This document shows positions 62,603-64,000 of a DNA stretch of 64,000 nucleotides, in pieces (the first letter of the stretch is position 1; each line of letters begins with the position of its first letter). Made by a program: the position numbers and the translations under genes. The stretch is from positions 7,936,001-8,000,000 of the forward strand of contig CM068757.1 of the NCBI GenBank assembly GCA_035084275.1. The letters run 5' to 3'. A model generated the notes under the pieces. That model had not been told where the DNA came from and made no database searches. It saw nothing but the letters and a program-made list of their open reading frames with translations. The stretch is from Hydrolagus colliei (taxonomy: Eukaryota).

Positions 62603-63697
62603 ACGAATCAATTGTCTGAATCTTACATGTGGAATCAGTCATCTGTTGAGTGCTTGAGCTTTTGGTAAGAACACGCACATTCAGACACACACATGTGCAA
62701 CTGCTGAACTTCAGCGGTTCTGCACAACACTGCACAGTATCATAGTGCTCGAACGTTTAAAAAGGAGGCACACATTTCAATAAGGCAAAGCCCCTTCATA
62801 ACAGCCGAGGATTACATTACATTTTCAAAGGTTTTTAAAGATAATATGATTGAATGGCAATAATAAACTTGTGGTCATACCAAAGCAGGGAGTTGAGGAT
62901 AGGTTGGTTGATTGAAGATGTTGACCTGCTGATCTTATCCCTCAATAATATAGCTTATCCTTGTTCTCAGGCTGCAGCCCTGGCATTACTGGTTAATTAA
63001 CATATTTTGTCATTCTCCCCTAACTTCCCCCCCCACCCCCTCCACCCCACCGCCTTTGATTGTCCCAAATCTCTCTTAACAAGAGATCTACCTAGCAAAG
63101 CAATACAAATCCTCGTTCATATTTACTCTGCTTTGGTTTGTGTTCTATATTACATTTCCTCAACACAATGCTTTTTGAGAGAATTTCTGACTTAAAATAT
63201 ATCGGGTGAGGGCAGGGGGTGGTGCGGGGTGAAATTGACTTTTGTTTCCTCACTAGCAGCTCTGATCCTGTGATGAATACCATTAGGAAAGGTACCGCAG
63301 CATAATAAACACATTGAGTAGCAATGTAATAAGAGCCCTCTATGTGTGGGTTATTGCCTATATTTCTTCTCAAACAACCAAGACCAGAAGTGACATTATG
63401 AAAAAGCCTTCCAGCTAATTTGTGATCATTATTCATTGTACATTACAATACTGGAATCTGAAATACAGACAAACCTCATTAAAACAAGTTGTGTTATTAC
63501 ACAACTCAGGATTTGGCTGAAGTTCCATTGTAATCTAAAGAAGAGCCAGAACCTTGGGAATGTAGAAAAACAAGGTGAGTCCTTCCCTCCTCACAGACAA
63601 CCACCATGCTTTGCCGATCAGCTTGCCCAACATCAGTATAACTGAAGACAGAAGCTGACATGGGCAGGTTGCATGGCTGTGAGCCAATGAGTTCAAT

Positions 63698-63995
63698 ATA
63701 ACAATCCCTGCATTCAATACAACGCCTTATTGCACTGTTGAAATTCTCAAAGCGCTATAACATGATTTATTGTAAAGTGTAATCACTGTGTAGTTTGAAG
63801 GTGAGTTCAGCAGCCAATCCTTACACTGTAATGTCCCATGTTGGTTTAATTTGACACGAAGGACGACACCTCCATCAATGCAGTAAATCCCCAGCAGTAA
63901 ACTGGAGCATCAACATATACCATACGTTCCAGGTCCCGACAAGGGGCTTGAACCTACAGCCTTCTGGCTCAGAGGAGTATCAACTGAGCCTGGTT
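63698..63995 (-). mobile_element. DeuSINE/SacSINE1-like SINE, internally deleted
   Basis: Tail ...ctcaaagcgct...; gaaggacgacacctcc...; head ggggcttgaacctacagccttctggctcagagg...tcaactgagcc. Confidence 0.75.
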
Positions 63996-64000
63996 GAAAC

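Noticed and set aside
1-64000. CRISPR array, operon or prokaryotic/viral defence system; known miRNA, snoRNA or rRNA genes
   Set aside because: Repeats are dispersed retroposons rather than regularly spaced arrays; there are no long ORFs and no recognised mature miRNA or structural RNA sequence

Overview
This is AT-rich vertebrate non-coding DNA, either a very large intron or a gene desert. It is almost certainly from a cartilaginous fish, and the dominant SINE resembles, from memory, the elephant-shark/holocephalan tRNA-SINE. None of the supplied ORFs is a credible gene; the recognisable peptide pieces are CR1 and L2 LINE ORF2 remnants. Repeats dominate: a young tRNA(Ala)-headed SINE with an (ATT)n L2-type tail (about 25 full or partial copies, two structural variants), older SacSINE1/DeuSINE-like SINEs, CR1 and L2 3' ends, many 45-70 nt L2 tail-only insertions, Penelope-like fragments with decayed hammerhead ribozymes, and LF-SINE-like and AmnSINE2-like ancient SINEs. 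Between the repeats are unique, CpG- and homeobox-motif-rich blocks that look like conserved enhancers, plus one plausible 102-nt cassette exon (1204-1305). I could not establish a new biological system. The best leads are the LF-SINE-like element in a chondrichthyan, the stereotyped L2 tail-only insertions, the hammerhead relics and a locally templated inverted insertion. Family names come from recalled consensus sequences rather than database searches, and repeat boundaries are approximate (about +/-10 bp).
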